IMG/VR virus record: IMGVR_UViG_3300033141_002573
Span: 1-42,725 of that record
DNA: 42,725 nt
Direction: 5' to 3' (one strand)
Origin: a virus
A program made the translations under genes and the position numbers. Numbering within the stretch: the stretch's first letter is position 1; every line of letters starts with the position of its first letter. Below, one piece after another: positions 25,236-35,398 of this stretch. The notes below the pieces were generated by a model. The model was not told where the DNA came from. It did no database searches and saw only the letters and a program-made list of their open reading frames with translations.

Positions 25236-26984
25236 TTAATCCTGAAGGTCTTGTCCTACATCATAGGTGTCTGCGTCTGGGACAGCGATGTCCCTGTAGA
25301 CAGTGCGCCCTCCTTGTGGTTTACCTGTCCACGTAGCCTTTACTCGGACCTTCGCTCCTCGGACAATATCTACGTACACGTATCCGTTGGCATCTGTTTC
25401 CCTGGCAGCTACACCGTCGCCAAAAACCACATTGGTGTCACTTGGTCGTGATAGCACATTTACAACATCAAGACTTCCATCCCCAACACCGAGACTCTGG
25501 CCGCCAGCAATTTCCTTGAGGAAAGCGTACACTCGACAGAGAGATGGATCATCTGGCGCGGAAGGCCCAGATGTTCTCACGAGGGTAATAATGTTCGTGC
25601 TATTCCCACTAACCGTGATCTCTGTGTTGCTGCCCTCATAATTCACTGTGCTTGGTGTCACCAGGTGATAGGTGCCGCTATCGAGGTTGAATGTTACACT
25701 CCCACTACTATCAGTACTCCGTGTTGCAATAATTGCACTTTCATCGGAGTCCTTACAGGTGACCTTTAGATTTGCTACTGTGTTCCCTTCTTCATCCTTA
25801 AAGATGCGCGTGACGGTGTAACTACCACTACCAAATATATCGGCCTGTCTTAACGCAGGGTCGATAGCGTACCCAGACCACGCATTGCTGTCGCCGTTGT
25901 CCACCGCTTCTCCGTCAGAACCGCCGCTTGAACAGAATGCAAACGTGTTCTGGTCGGCACCGTTTACTATCTCAAAACCAGCGGTCGTATTGCCTATACT
26001 CGTACAGTTGAGTAACTGATTGAAATCGGCACCTGAGTTGCTTAAGTAAAAACCCCTCACAGCAGCCCCCGCTCCAACCGCCTTGCACCTGTCGATACGG
26101 TTGTAAGGACCCAATACGTCAAAACCAGTTTCTGTGTGTTCGATGCTCCTGGAGTTCTTAATCCAGCCCGCATTCCCATCGATACTGAAGCCTACGGAGC
26201 ACTGACAGGCGCAGCACCCATCCACAATAACGTAGTGTGCCCCAGCCCGAACATCCAGCCCGACACTTGGGCTACTTGGGTGAAATACAGCCCCCTTTAT
26301 CTCACAGGACGATGCGCTAATTGTAAAACAAGCAGACGCACCAGTACCGTCGATGATGGTTCCTGGTTCGCAGATAACTATTACCCCTGAGGTGTCCAAA
26401 TCAAGGTTACTTTCACTGTAGGTTCCTGGGGCTACAACAACATGATCACCCGAAACAGCCGACGATAATGCCTTTGCAATACTAGCAAATGGTACATCAG
26501 GCGCATCCCCATCGTTGCTGTCATCGCCTGTAGCTTTATTAACGTAGTATGTGGTGAAGAATGGGTCCATGTTTACCTGGCGCAACCTCCTACCAGCAGA
26601 CGTGGGGATGTTGTGAGTAGCCCCCGTAAGGCGTTCATCCCACACCCCGTCTGCTATTTCTTCCGCCAGAGTACCACCCACGTTGAGCTTGTCGAGGTAA
26701 CCAGCACGCGCTGGCGTGTAGTCTGCCTCCGTATAGAAGACCTGCACCTGGTCTTCAAGGTTGTCCGAAGCAATCTTCACCGCACCGTAATCACAGTCAG
26801 CCTCCGTTGGCGTTAGGTCCAGGGTAACAAGACCACTGCCTACAACTGTGGGCGTATTGGTGGCCCCAGCAAAGGCTCCACCATCTTTGCTTATCGTTGC
26901 TACAGGATTCGTAGGGTTTGTGGGTACACCACCGTTGTAGCAGACGATTTCGATGGTCTGGGCAATACCTTTTGGGAAGACCAC
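25236..26984 (-). CDS. Virion/tail-spike-like protein with a right-handed beta-helix (pectin-lyase-like) and C-terminal Ig-like domains
   Basis: ISKDGGAF and IADGVWDE phage structural motifs; YYVNKATGDDSNDG..P..PFASI.KA..G..V.V.PGTY.E beta-helix cap; Asn/Cys-ladder repeats; TDSSGSVTFNLDSGTY. Confidence 0.8.
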   Translation of the reverse strand: MVFPKGIAQTIEIVCYNGGVPTNPTNPVATISKDGGAFAGATNTPTVVGSGLVTLDLTPTEADCDYGAVKIASDNLEDQVQVFYTEADYTPARAGYLDKLNVGGTLAEEIADGVWDERLTGATHNIPTSAGRRLRQVNMDPFFTTYYVNKATGDDSNDGDAPDVPFASIAKALSSAVSGDHVVVAPGTYSESNLDLDTSGVIVICEPGTIIDGTGASACFTISASSCEIKGAVFHPSSPSVGLDVRAGAHYVIVDGCCACQCSVGFSIDGNAGWIKNSRSIEHTETGFDVLGPYNRIDRCKAVGAGAAVRGFYLSNSGADFNQLLNCTSIGNTTAGFEIVNGADQNTFAFCSSGGSDGEAVDNGDSNAWSGYAIDPALRQADIFGSGSYTVTRIFKDEEGNTVANLKVTCKDSDESAIIATRSTDSSGSVTFNLDSGTYHLVTPSTVNYEGSNTEITVSGNSTNIITLVRTSGPSAPDDPSLCRVYAFLKEIAGGQSLGVGDGSLDVVNVLSRPSDTNVVFGDGVAARETDANGYVYVDIVRGAKVRVKATWTGKPQGGRTVYRDIAVPDADTYDVGQDLQD

Positions 26985-27041
26985 ATCACATCACTCCCAT
27001 TGCCACAAGTATGAGACCACGCCACATTCCTATTGTCGTAT

Positions 27042-27404
27042 TTATGTAGCAGACGGTGTGGCAGATGGTACAACGGTTACCTTTCCTCCGATGGGGAAAT
27101 CATCCAGTCTGTTTCCATCCCCATCCTCTGCCAGTTTCACGTGCATGTCCCACACGTAGTCCCCCTCATCCAAATCAACATCACCAAGTCGGATTCTAAC
27201 CTTGTTGTTGTCAGGTGTGTCAACAATTGTAAATGTTGCACTGACTACGGTGCTGCCCCATGCAGGTCGGATCTGCGCCTTAATGTCAGCACCTGTTAGG
27301 TCAACTGGGTTTCCCTCTGAGTCCACCAGTGTGGATGTTGTGTAGTCGATGTCCCCACCAATACCCACAACGAAGTTAACGATACGACCCACATGCTCAG
27401 ACAC
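27042..27404 (-). CDS. Phage baseplate/adaptor Ig-like domain protein (BppU-N-like)
   Basis: GNPVDLTGADIKAQIR...YVWDM...GKVTV; GGAGG RBS before GTG 27404. Confidence 0.7.
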   Translation of the reverse strand: MSEHVGRIVNFVVGIGGDIDYTTSTLVDSEGNPVDLTGADIKAQIRPAWGSTVVSATFTIVDTPDNNKVRIRLGDVDLDEGDYVWDMHVKLAEDGDGNRLDDFPIGGKVTVVPSATPSAT

Positions 27405-28629
27405 CGATCCTCCTCCTTTCTCCGTCACCCGATGCAGTTATTCCTGTACGGGTTTGACCCGTACAGATGATTCTATTCTGTGTTCCATCCCCTGTAAGGT
27501 GTAGTGGTGGTATGGTGGCGTGCAACTCCTCTAAGTTCCCCACCGTCCAGAAGCCGTCGTTGTCGGACTGGCAGTTGAACATAGTGGAAATCCTGTCGGC
27601 TGACCACGCCACCTTCCATTGATGGGTCTCGTCTTGATGCCCGTAAAGGCCAGCAACATTTTTCCACCGTCCATGACCTGCCGGAGACATATGGTAGCTG
27701 GTGCTCGGAGTAACATCACCAGTTGGGGACAACGACCTACCGAGCGGCACACCGTCAACGTATATCAGTACCTCGGTGCCGTCGTACACGAACCCAAACT
27801 GGTGCCAAAGACCGTCACCCAGGTCGGCATAGTACGCGTCCGTCGTGAAGTCGCCCGCCGTAGTTGCCAGATGCACCCCGACTCCATAAGGGTCGTCTCT
27901 GCCACTCACCCACATGTCCCAACCCCCGTGGCCTCCTTCACGCCAGTTGCCAAACAGCCATTGCCAGCCATTGTGGTCGTCAACACGTTGGTCAACTCTG
28001 GCCCACGTAAATGCGCTCAGCGCAGCACTCATTGCGCCATAGTCCAAAGGCCATCGGCTACCGTAGATGTAGTCTCCGTCGTCCCTATTACGCTCCACTC
28101 CACAGCCTACCTGGCCTGTTTGGTCAACCTTGTCTATGTAGTCATTGCCGTGGTCGTGGAGTGCGCACCAGTCCTTGTAGACCTGTGGTGTGCCCGTTCC
28201 TGGGGCACTCTCCTCCAGCGGCCAGTAACCAATACATCCGTCGCTTATCGGCACCACGCCTTCTCGGTTCTCAAACGGCCCACCAGTGCATCCCCTATAG
28301 AGTCGGTAGGTAGTGGGCGCACTGGCCGACAGCGCGGGCAGGCCCAGGCCCAGCACGAGCTTGCGGCTCCCAGAAGTCTGCGAGAATTGCTTCAGTCCCC
28401 ATGCCACCTCGGTGCTGTCGTCGGCTGTGAATACCCGCAGGTCGCTCAGGTCTGCTGCCAGCCCGTTAATGAAGCTCTGCGCTCCGCCCTCCCAGTTGGT
28501 CCCCAGGGCTTCGTCAATCACCAGGTCGGCGGCGAACACGGACGAGCCGTCGTCCGGCATATCCGCAGGGACTTTCTCTGGATTACTGTGGATAGTTAGG
28601 CGGTGTGTAGCACCAGATGGTTCAGCCAA
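27397..28629 (-). CDS. DUF2341-like + LamG/concanavalin-A-like domain virion protein
   Basis: SDLRVF..D, GYWPLEE, GQVG, WHQFGFVYDG..V.IYVDG, DE..W..A.S.D.I...NCQ; TTG start with GGGGAGGT RBS. Confidence 0.82.
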   Translation of the reverse strand: MAEPSGATHRLTIHSNPEKVPADMPDDGSSVFAADLVIDEALGTNWEGGAQSFINGLAADLSDLRVFTADDSTEVAWGLKQFSQTSGSRKLVLGLGLPALSASAPTTYRLYRGCTGGPFENREGVVPISDGCIGYWPLEESAPGTGTPQVYKDWCALHDHGNDYIDKVDQTGQVGCGVERNRDDGDYIYGSRWPLDYGAMSAALSAFTWARVDQRVDDHNGWQWLFGNWREGGHGGWDMWVSGRDDPYGVGVHLATTAGDFTTDAYYADLGDGLWHQFGFVYDGTEVLIYVDGVPLGRSLSPTGDVTPSTSYHMSPAGHGRWKNVAGLYGHQDETHQWKVAWSADRISTMFNCQSDNDGFWTVGNLEELHATIPPLHLTGDGTQNRIICTGQTRTGITASGDGERRRIGV

Positions 28630-28663
28630 GATATACCTCCCCTATCCCATGTATCGTGAAAAG

Positions 28664-28692
28664 AGTATATCACACTTTTCAAGCATAGTCAA
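28664..28692 (-). promoter_or_regulatory. Sigma70-type promoter (extended -10) overlapped by an inverted repeat
   Basis: Minus strand TTGACT, 17-nt spacer, TGaTATACT; imperfect palindrome TGAAAAGAGT-ATATC-ACACTTTTCA (28657-28681) over the -10 box. Confidence 0.8.
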
Positions 28693-28714
28693 CAAGTGTC
28701 GCCACAGCAACGTC

Positions 28715-30454
28715 TTAGGGTTCTGCTCCCGTTTTGGTCATCACGTAGTACGGTTCAACAAGGCCACGGCTGGCGTGTTTCGCACCCATGAAGTGTTCAG
28801 CACAGTTAGGATCAATCGTGCGCATAACAGCGCGTACATCTCTGAGAGGCTCCAGTCTGACAATTTCCCCGTGCGGACCACGGTTATGTATGCGTTCACC
28901 TTCAGCTACCGCTCGCTGGTGAACAACAAGCCAGCGCCTTGTCACGCGCCATAGTTCCTGCAAGGCTGGTTCACTCTCAGGAAGATGATGCAGCACGTTC
29001 GTACAGAAAACCAAGTCGAAACTCCCATTGTCAAATGGTAAACGTGCCCCATCCATGCTATCGAGCGGCAGGCGAGCTCGATAAATTGTAGCACCTGGCG
29101 CATACTCACGTGCAAGCCTAACCATCTCCTGGGAGTTGTCACAGCCTGTGTAGACCATCCCCCGTACTTCCATAAAGTAACGATAGTAGTTGGCGTTGCC
29201 GCAGCCTACGTCGAGTACACTTTGCCCCGGTTCACCAGGTAACCAGTCCACGTTTCTCCATTGCTCTATCCGTGTTTCATGTCGGCTCCATGGCTTGTTT
29301 GCTATGTGTTCCGCCACGGACTTACCAGCATAGTCGCCGAAGGTACAGGTCGTATCCCAGATTTGCCCGTCCGCCCTTAGTTGTGCATCATCGTCATTGT
29401 GCGTCACGCCCAACTCTGCTACCTGATCGTTAATCTCACTATGATCTCCCATCTTTTCAGCCCTCCCGGCTAAACGTCTATAGGTATTAGCGTACGTCGC
29501 GGCCATCCTGTCATTGTCCCACGTAGCGATTGCACGGTCTGCTATCTGCCGCCGCTTACCTCTGAGATTGTTGTCTGTGAGTGCCCTCTGCACTGCATCA
29601 GCCACCGCTTCCGGGTTTGGTGCGGTCATCACGCCTAGTTTCCCGTTGGCTGCCAACTGTGGCCCGTAGTGGCTATTGGGGACCACAGGAATTAGGCCCG
29701 CAGTTAGTGCCTCAGCCACACCAGTTCCCGAACCCTCAGGCCAGGGGGCACAAATCACGTCCCCCTCAGCAATAAGTGCCATGGCCTTCGGATGGGGCAC
29801 TGTACCGAGTGCCTCGGCGATGCCAATCAGTCCACGGCGGTGAAGTTCTTTGTGTATCTGGATGTGGCCTGAGGGGGAGCCGCCGATAATGCGCAGTGAG
29901 AACTTCTCCCCCCGCTTGTGCAGTATTTCCATTGCCTCCAGAAACAGAAGAGGGTTACGGTCAGGGTCGAGCCTACCAAGCCAGACCACTAACCCCTCCC
30001 GCCTCTCCTCCGCCCATGGCACAGGGTCAACACCGAACAGGTTTATAGGTGCGTCGCCGGGGACCGCAGGTGACACACGGAAGGTTACGTCTGCCCATTC
30101 ACTCCCATTTGCTTCTATCCCTTCGAGACTGCCTGACTTTGTGACCGAAGGTATACCCAACTCCTTTGCAACCTTTGCTGCGTACTTGGTGTTTGCCTGC
30201 ACTACGTCAGGTTCCAAGGTAATCATCGCTGCCCGCAGTCCGGCAATGTGTTGCTCAATAGGCTTCCCCTTGGGAACCTGGACGACCTCCCCCCATTGTT
30301 CCATCTCCGCGAGACCACTCGGTTTCGCATTAATGTAGGTGCAGCAACACTCAAACTCCTCAGGTGGCAACCTCCGAATGACCGCCAGGGCATTGACCAT
30401 CCCTCCACCCCACCAGAGGTTCGGCACATTGAAAAGTATCTTGATTCGGTTCAA
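28715..30454 (-). CDS. GT4 glycosyltransferase + class I SAM methyltransferase fusion
   Basis: WWGGG, LGRLD, EGSGTGVAEA.. (E-x7-E); VLDVGCG, GCDNSQEMV, LPFDNGSFDLV, VLHHL, ELWRV. Confidence 0.9.
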   Translation of the reverse strand: MNRIKILFNVPNLWWGGGMVNALAVIRRLPPEEFECCCTYINAKPSGLAEMEQWGEVVQVPKGKPIEQHIAGLRAAMITLEPDVVQANTKYAAKVAKELGIPSVTKSGSLEGIEANGSEWADVTFRVSPAVPGDAPINLFGVDPVPWAEERREGLVVWLGRLDPDRNPLLFLEAMEILHKRGEKFSLRIIGGSPSGHIQIHKELHRRGLIGIAEALGTVPHPKAMALIAEGDVICAPWPEGSGTGVAEALTAGLIPVVPNSHYGPQLAANGKLGVMTAPNPEAVADAVQRALTDNNLRGKRRQIADRAIATWDNDRMAATYANTYRRLAGRAEKMGDHSEINDQVAELGVTHNDDDAQLRADGQIWDTTCTFGDYAGKSVAEHIANKPWSRHETRIEQWRNVDWLPGEPGQSVLDVGCGNANYYRYFMEVRGMVYTGCDNSQEMVRLAREYAPGATIYRARLPLDSMDGARLPFDNGSFDLVFCTNVLHHLPESEPALQELWRVTRRWLVVHQRAVAEGERIHNRGPHGEIVRLEPLRDVRAVMRTIDPNCAEHFMGAKHASRGLVEPYYVMTKTGAEP

Positions 30455-32730
30455 CGTGTAAGCTCCCTATAGACCTTAGCGTACTCGGCGCTGAAACGTT
30501 TTGCATCGTACCGTTGTCCCGCCCACTCCTTCATCGTGGTGCGTTTACCACGCAGTTCGGTGTTGTCGAGCGCCTGTGAGAGGCCATCTGCAATCTTCTC
30601 AGGTTCACTCCCAACGGTGACACCGTACTCCCCCACCAGTCCCGGTCCGAAGCCACCTGTTGAGACAACAGGTATAGCTCCCCCACGCATCCCCTCGGCG
30701 ACACCGAGGCCAAATCCCTCCGGCCACGGCGCGGTTACCACATCAGCCTCAGCTACCAGTTCAAGCGCCTTGGTGTGGGGCACAAGTCCGCTTAGTTCGA
30801 CTCGCTCCTTAAGACCATCCACCCAGGGAAACTGCTTGGGGTCGAAGCTGCCATCCATGTTGGCACCGATGATGCGTACTCTGAAGTCCTGCCGTCGCCT
30901 CCAGAGTACATTAAGGGCGTTGAAGAAGACTTGTGGGTTCCTGTCGTGGTCGAGGCGTCCAAGGTAGGTGATAAGGTGGTCCACTCGGTCCCGAACAGGA
31001 GGCGCATCCACACCATTGAGTATCATAGGTTGGTCTCCCGGAATAGCGGGGGAAACACGGAACACACAATCAGCGAACTCAGCGCCATTTGCCTTCGCAC
31101 CGAGCATACTGTGGCCTGTTGTGACACAGAGGATACCCATATCGTGGGCCACACAGGCCATCTCAACCGTATTCGCCTGGACCACATCCGGCTTGGTCTC
31201 TGACAGCACCTCACGAATTGCTTCAGGCAATTCCTCCTCTGTATTTGGCGTAATCCGGTGTACAACGCCATACTCACGGAGGGCTTCATCAGCGCCTTGC
31301 CTTACGCGACGTATTAAGAAATGTACGTCGAATTCGTTGCGCGGTAGGTACTTCACCAGGTAATTCGTCCAGTTGTGTAAACCTCCCCACCAGGCATTTG
31401 GAACGAAGAAGAGGATTCGAGGCACATTCCTTTTGGGCGAAGGGGCCTTCACACGCCGAATGCCCGCTTTTGTCCATTTGCGAGCAAAGGCCGCATCCGC
31501 CCGGCGCATCCCGTCGGTGTCGCCTACTCGCCGCGTGAGACCCTGCGGCATATCACCATGTAGTGGGCCTCCCAGGTGTCGCAACTGTACAGTGCCGTCA
31601 ATCCAGAGTGTGTATCCTGCCTCTTTAATCCGCCAGAGGAGGTCGCGATCACTCTGACCCTGCAAACTGCGGAACGGTTCGGGGTGTAGTTGACCAGGTT
31701 CCTCCTCGGCATTGCGTACAGCCTCCATGCGGAAGAGGTTGTTGCTACCCGTAATGTCGAATGGCTTCGCGGGTTGGCCGCGCAAGCTCGGCCAGTATAT
31801 GTCTGTCCAAGGTGCAATTGCACCGATGCGGGCATCCGTGTGCATCCGTTGCACAAGCGGTCCTAGCCAACCAGGCGGGGTAAGCATATCGTTGTCTATC
31901 CACGCAAAGTATTTGCTTGTTGTGTGGTCATACGCTAACTGCCGCCCACCAGGGCAGCCAAGGTTCTTGTCGGACTCTAGTACCAGGCAACGGTCGTCAC
32001 CAAGCATCTGCCGCACCGAATAGAAAAACTTCCCAACCGGCTCTGTGCTGCCGTTGTCCACCAAGATCAGCCTGTATGGTGCCCAAGTATTGGCAATAAC
32101 CTGTGCCACGCAGGAACGGGTGACCTCGAGCTCGTTGTGAGCAAGTATAACAATGTCTGTAACAGGCCACATGACCTTATGGTAGCGCACCAGGTAGTTC
32201 TCTACTGCTTGGTTCCCATCCGCTTCCATGTGGATACACGGGAGGCCTGCCCTTGCAGCGAACCGTGCGCAGCGATCACTGTCCGTATGGACAATGTGAG
32301 GCCGGAAGTCGAGAACAACCCTGAGGAATGCCCACCATTCATCATCTTGAGGGAGAAATCTAACTCCTCCATGTTTACACATTTCTGTAGCGTCAGTTGC
32401 TGGATTGCCTTCCTCAACAATGAAGTACCACTCAACAGTATTGGAGGGCATACCTTTGGCTAGATAACTCGCAAATGTTTCTTGGTCTCCTCCACGGGCC
32501 ACACGTGTGCAAAATAGAACACGAATAGGTTCACCATTAGCAGGGGGATAAGCGGGGCCTGGGTAACCATACCACGTGTCAGGGGGTGTGGCCGGACGGG
32601 CATTCCGAGGACTCTGAGGTGGCTCCTGGGGCACAATGCTGATTAACCTCCGTTTCCCCTCCAGCCTCTCGGTTTTGATTACCCTACCTCGCTCGTCCAC
32701 TACCTCGTGAACAACAGCCATGGAAACCAC
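30451..32730 (-). CDS. Multidomain glycosyltransferase (partial GT-B N-domain + GT2 + GT4)
   Basis: GT2: IVILAHN, LVDNGST, NLG, WIDND, DRDLLWR. GT4: LGRLD, EGFGLGVAEG. Confidence 0.9.
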   Translation of the reverse strand: MVSMAVVHEVVDERGRVIKTERLEGKRRLISIVPQEPPQSPRNARPATPPDTWYGYPGPAYPPANGEPIRVLFCTRVARGGDQETFASYLAKGMPSNTVEWYFIVEEGNPATDATEMCKHGGVRFLPQDDEWWAFLRVVLDFRPHIVHTDSDRCARFAARAGLPCIHMEADGNQAVENYLVRYHKVMWPVTDIVILAHNELEVTRSCVAQVIANTWAPYRLILVDNGSTEPVGKFFYSVRQMLGDDRCLVLESDKNLGCPGGRQLAYDHTTSKYFAWIDNDMLTPPGWLGPLVQRMHTDARIGAIAPWTDIYWPSLRGQPAKPFDITGSNNLFRMEAVRNAEEEPGQLHPEPFRSLQGQSDRDLLWRIKEAGYTLWIDGTVQLRHLGGPLHGDMPQGLTRRVGDTDGMRRADAAFARKWTKAGIRRVKAPSPKRNVPRILFFVPNAWWGGLHNWTNYLVKYLPRNEFDVHFLIRRVRQGADEALREYGVVHRITPNTEEELPEAIREVLSETKPDVVQANTVEMACVAHDMGILCVTTGHSMLGAKANGAEFADCVFRVSPAIPGDQPMILNGVDAPPVRDRVDHLITYLGRLDHDRNPQVFFNALNVLWRRRQDFRVRIIGANMDGSFDPKQFPWVDGLKERVELSGLVPHTKALELVAEADVVTAPWPEGFGLGVAEGMRGGAIPVVSTGGFGPGLVGEYGVTVGSEPEKIADGLSQALDNTELRGKRTTMKEWAGQRYDAKRFSAEYAKVYRELTR

Positions 32731-32736
32731 ACCCTC

Positions 32737-33615
32737 CTACATACGCGGTGATCGAACATAGGATGAAGCAAACTGTAAGGCATCACTTACAGCCTTACGG
32801 CTGTAACCGCAAGTAGCCCATGCCTTTGCCAGTCCAACAAGAAATGCGTCACCTGCTCCAATAACCTGTGGCTTATCGACTCTGGGGGGTTCCACATGCC
32901 ACATACCGTCCATATCGGAGGCCTCAATATGCTTGTCTGCATTTGTTACAACAGCCAGTGTAACATTGAGAGACGAACGTATCTCTGATGCCAAGGACTT
33001 TCCATCTAGGCCGAGCACATTTGCTATTCCCGCAGCTTCAGACCAATTACACACAAGCGCATCTACCCCCGAAAACATACCTACTATCTTTGACGGTTTT
33101 GTGTTAACTATTACAGGACAGTCAACTTGGTGTAACGTTTTCATCAGCGGCTCAATTGTGTGTTCACTGACTACACCCTTATTGTAGTCGCTAACCACGA
33201 AAATGTCAAGGTCACCAGAAATCATTAATGCTGGTGACAACACGTTGTTACCCAAAAACGTTTCCTCCACATCAGTTCTTGAAACACAGTCAGTTTCCGA
33301 CGTGAAAGACCTAAACTTCAATGTTGTAACAGAAAGTTCACGAGAAAGGAAATATGAGATATGCTCGCGTCTGCACACATCCTCTATTAGCGACCCCCAC
33401 ACATCATCCTTTCCAATAGCACCCCACAACGTCACATCGAAACCTTCCCGTGCTGCAAGGGCTGCAACGTTACCAGCACCACCAAGCCGGTATGTCAGAT
33501 TGTTACCCCGCAGAATAAGTATCTCGTCATTCTCTGGGGAATAACGCTCGAACCTTCCATACACTGATACGTCAAGCATGACATCTCCGACTACACCCAT
33601 TCTAACCTTATCCAT
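32737..33615 (-). CDS. hldA: PfkB-family heptose-7-phosphate kinase (HldE/RfaE domain I-like)
   Basis: VGDVMLD...R.SPE, LGGAGNVA, TTLKFR, R.D.E, SDYNKGVV, GAGDAF; GGAGAG RBS before ATG 33615. Confidence 0.85.
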   Translation of the reverse strand: MDKVRMGVVGDVMLDVSVYGRFERYSPENDEILILRGNNLTYRLGGAGNVAALAAREGFDVTLWGAIGKDDVWGSLIEDVCRREHISYFLSRELSVTTLKFRSFTSETDCVSRTDVEETFLGNNVLSPALMISGDLDIFVVSDYNKGVVSEHTIEPLMKTLHQVDCPVIVNTKPSKIVGMFSGVDALVCNWSEAAGIANVLGLDGKSLASEIRSSLNVTLAVVTNADKHIEASDMDGMWHVEPPRVDKPQVIGAGDAFLVGLAKAWATCGYSRKAVSDALQFASSYVRSPRM

Positions 33616-35398
33616 TACTCTCCTTCTCCATAGTAGTGATGAGTGGTGTGAAGTAAGGTATACGCCCTCCCTCAAATCTTTCCCTAAGATGATGTGGTAA
33701 GGCATCAGCAAGTGTGGTGCTACCCTCACGGGTTGTCCAGTCACACCCCCCGACAAACCTCAAGCCACATTGGGCCGCCATGTCCTCCAGTGATCTTCTT
33801 CCAACAGTAGTAAGTTTCAACTCAGGTATGTGTTCCTCACCACCTGGGCTGTATTCTACTGTCATTACCAGACGCCCACCGGGCCTAATAGCTTTAGCGA
33901 ACGCCTCCATAAAGGCTCTTCTGTTAGGAACATGTTCCAGAACAGAGATACTTACACCTATATCAAACGATTCGGGTGTAAGTTGCGCACGTTGAATATC
34001 TGAACATATGTAACACGGACCATCCGGCCACGTGGTGACCAGACCATTTGGCGGATCGTTGACAATAGTTTTGGATGGGCTTTCGAACCACCACGCTTCA
34101 GTAAATCCAATAGGATCAACACAGGTCACATTTTCACCAAAGGTTCTACAGAGAGACAGCGCAAGAAGATCGTTGTTCGCTCCTACAACAAGAATCTTAG
34201 CGGTATCTATGTCGATGTTTGTATTGCTCATTTCTACAAGTGCCGCAGGATATTCCCAATCCCGAAAGAAACCTTTACCCTTGAGCATCCACTCCCCCCT
34301 TAGGGTGCTGTATAGTGGGGAGTTCATCTCCTTCTTACTGAGACACCGTGTCCTCGCGGGGTTGCCTCCATACCAAGTTCTCACTGACGTGTAGTGAAGT
34401 GGGGCAGAAAGTTCCCTGTATACAGATGAGTACCTGGCGGCAATGTTGCGCCAGGTAAATGGAAGAGACATAGTTCTACTGCTCGCAATCTGAGGCTTCG
34501 ACCCCCACCAACCACCGTCGGCTATGTCATTGAGGGCCGAAACCGCACCCTTAGGATCATTAAACCTGTAGAATATTCCAGTGCTCCCATCCACAACCAT
34601 GTCCTTCGCCATACCTGTAGGTGTGGTAACAACAGGGAGACCTGATGCCATTGCCTCAAGGAGGCTTGCGGGTCCTCCCTCCGACCTACTTGTAATAAGA
34701 TAGACATCACAACTACGGTAGACTTGAGGGTAATCCTCGTATGCCAAGTCCATTACTGTACAAACGAGTCCATTAGATTCTGCAACAGATGTTTCAACCT
34801 CCCATGTGTCATCACCACCAGCAAGAAGAACCACCTCAAATCTTTCTGGGTCCAGTAGCTCTATTATCTCACAGAATGTAGCTGCTCCTTTGTTTTCCAT
34901 GGAGAATGGCGTATCCCGCGTACCATTTGGAAGGTATCTCTTGCCGACACGTAGGACACGACACCTTTTATGTTTGACCTCTAGTGGGGCTGGGTAAAAT
35001 CTTTCTATGTCTACACCATGAGGGATGTACCTACACTTATCACAGTCAACACCCGCTTGGGCAAGCTCCCCAATGTCGCTTGTGTTCAAAACAGCAATAA
35101 TGTCAGCATCTCTGAACACATCCATGGTGGCATTACCATACATCAGGTTTCCGTTACGTATGCCCTGACCATGATGGCTTACAACACAGGGGTGAGGAAT
35201 TGAAAGTCCACGCTCTGCTGCCCAGTTAGGTCTAAGGATATGGTAAACGTCTGCGTCTACAGGAAGTTCACTGCGCACAAAGTCCATGTTGGAATGGTTT
35301 GCTATCTGGGATGCTATATCTCCCAGAACCCAACCTTGGTGCCCGTAGAACACAAAGTTTACTAACACAACCTGCCTCCTATGCGGCGTAAGCCTCAT
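33608..35398 (-). CDS. GT4 glycosyltransferase + SAM methyltransferase fusion
   Basis: IPHGVD..RF.P, NKG, SRSEGGPASLLEAMASGLPVV; RDWEY, SFD..SISVLEHV, RPGGRLV. Confidence 0.9.
   Translation of the reverse strand: MRLTPHRRQVVLVNFVFYGHQGWVLGDIASQIANHSNMDFVRSELPVDADVYHILRPNWAAERGLSIPHPCVVSHHGQGIRNGNLMYGNATMDVFRDADIIAVLNTSDIGELAQAGVDCDKCRYIPHGVDIERFYPAPLEVKHKRCRVLRVGKRYLPNGTRDTPFSMENKGAATFCEIIELLDPERFEVVLLAGGDDTWEVETSVAESNGLVCTVMDLAYEDYPQVYRSCDVYLITSRSEGGPASLLEAMASGLPVVTTPTGMAKDMVVDGSTGIFYRFNDPKGAVSALNDIADGGWWGSKPQIASSRTMSLPFTWRNIAARYSSVYRELSAPLHYTSVRTWYGGNPARTRCLSKKEMNSPLYSTLRGEWMLKGKGFFRDWEYPAALVEMSNTNIDIDTAKILVVGANNDLLALSLCRTFGENVTCVDPIGFTEAWWFESPSKTIVNDPPNGLVTTWPDGPCYICSDIQRAQLTPESFDIGVSISVLEHVPNRRAFMEAFAKAIRPGGRLVMTVEYSPGGEEHIPELKLTTVGRRSLEDMAAQCGLRFVGGCDWTTREGSTTLADALPHHLRERFEGGRIPYFTPLITTMEKESNG

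Noticed and set aside
27619-28954. Long + strand ORFs (326 aa and 213 aa)
   Set aside because: Antisense shadows of the GC-rich DUF2341/LamG gene; no RBS or recognisable motifs
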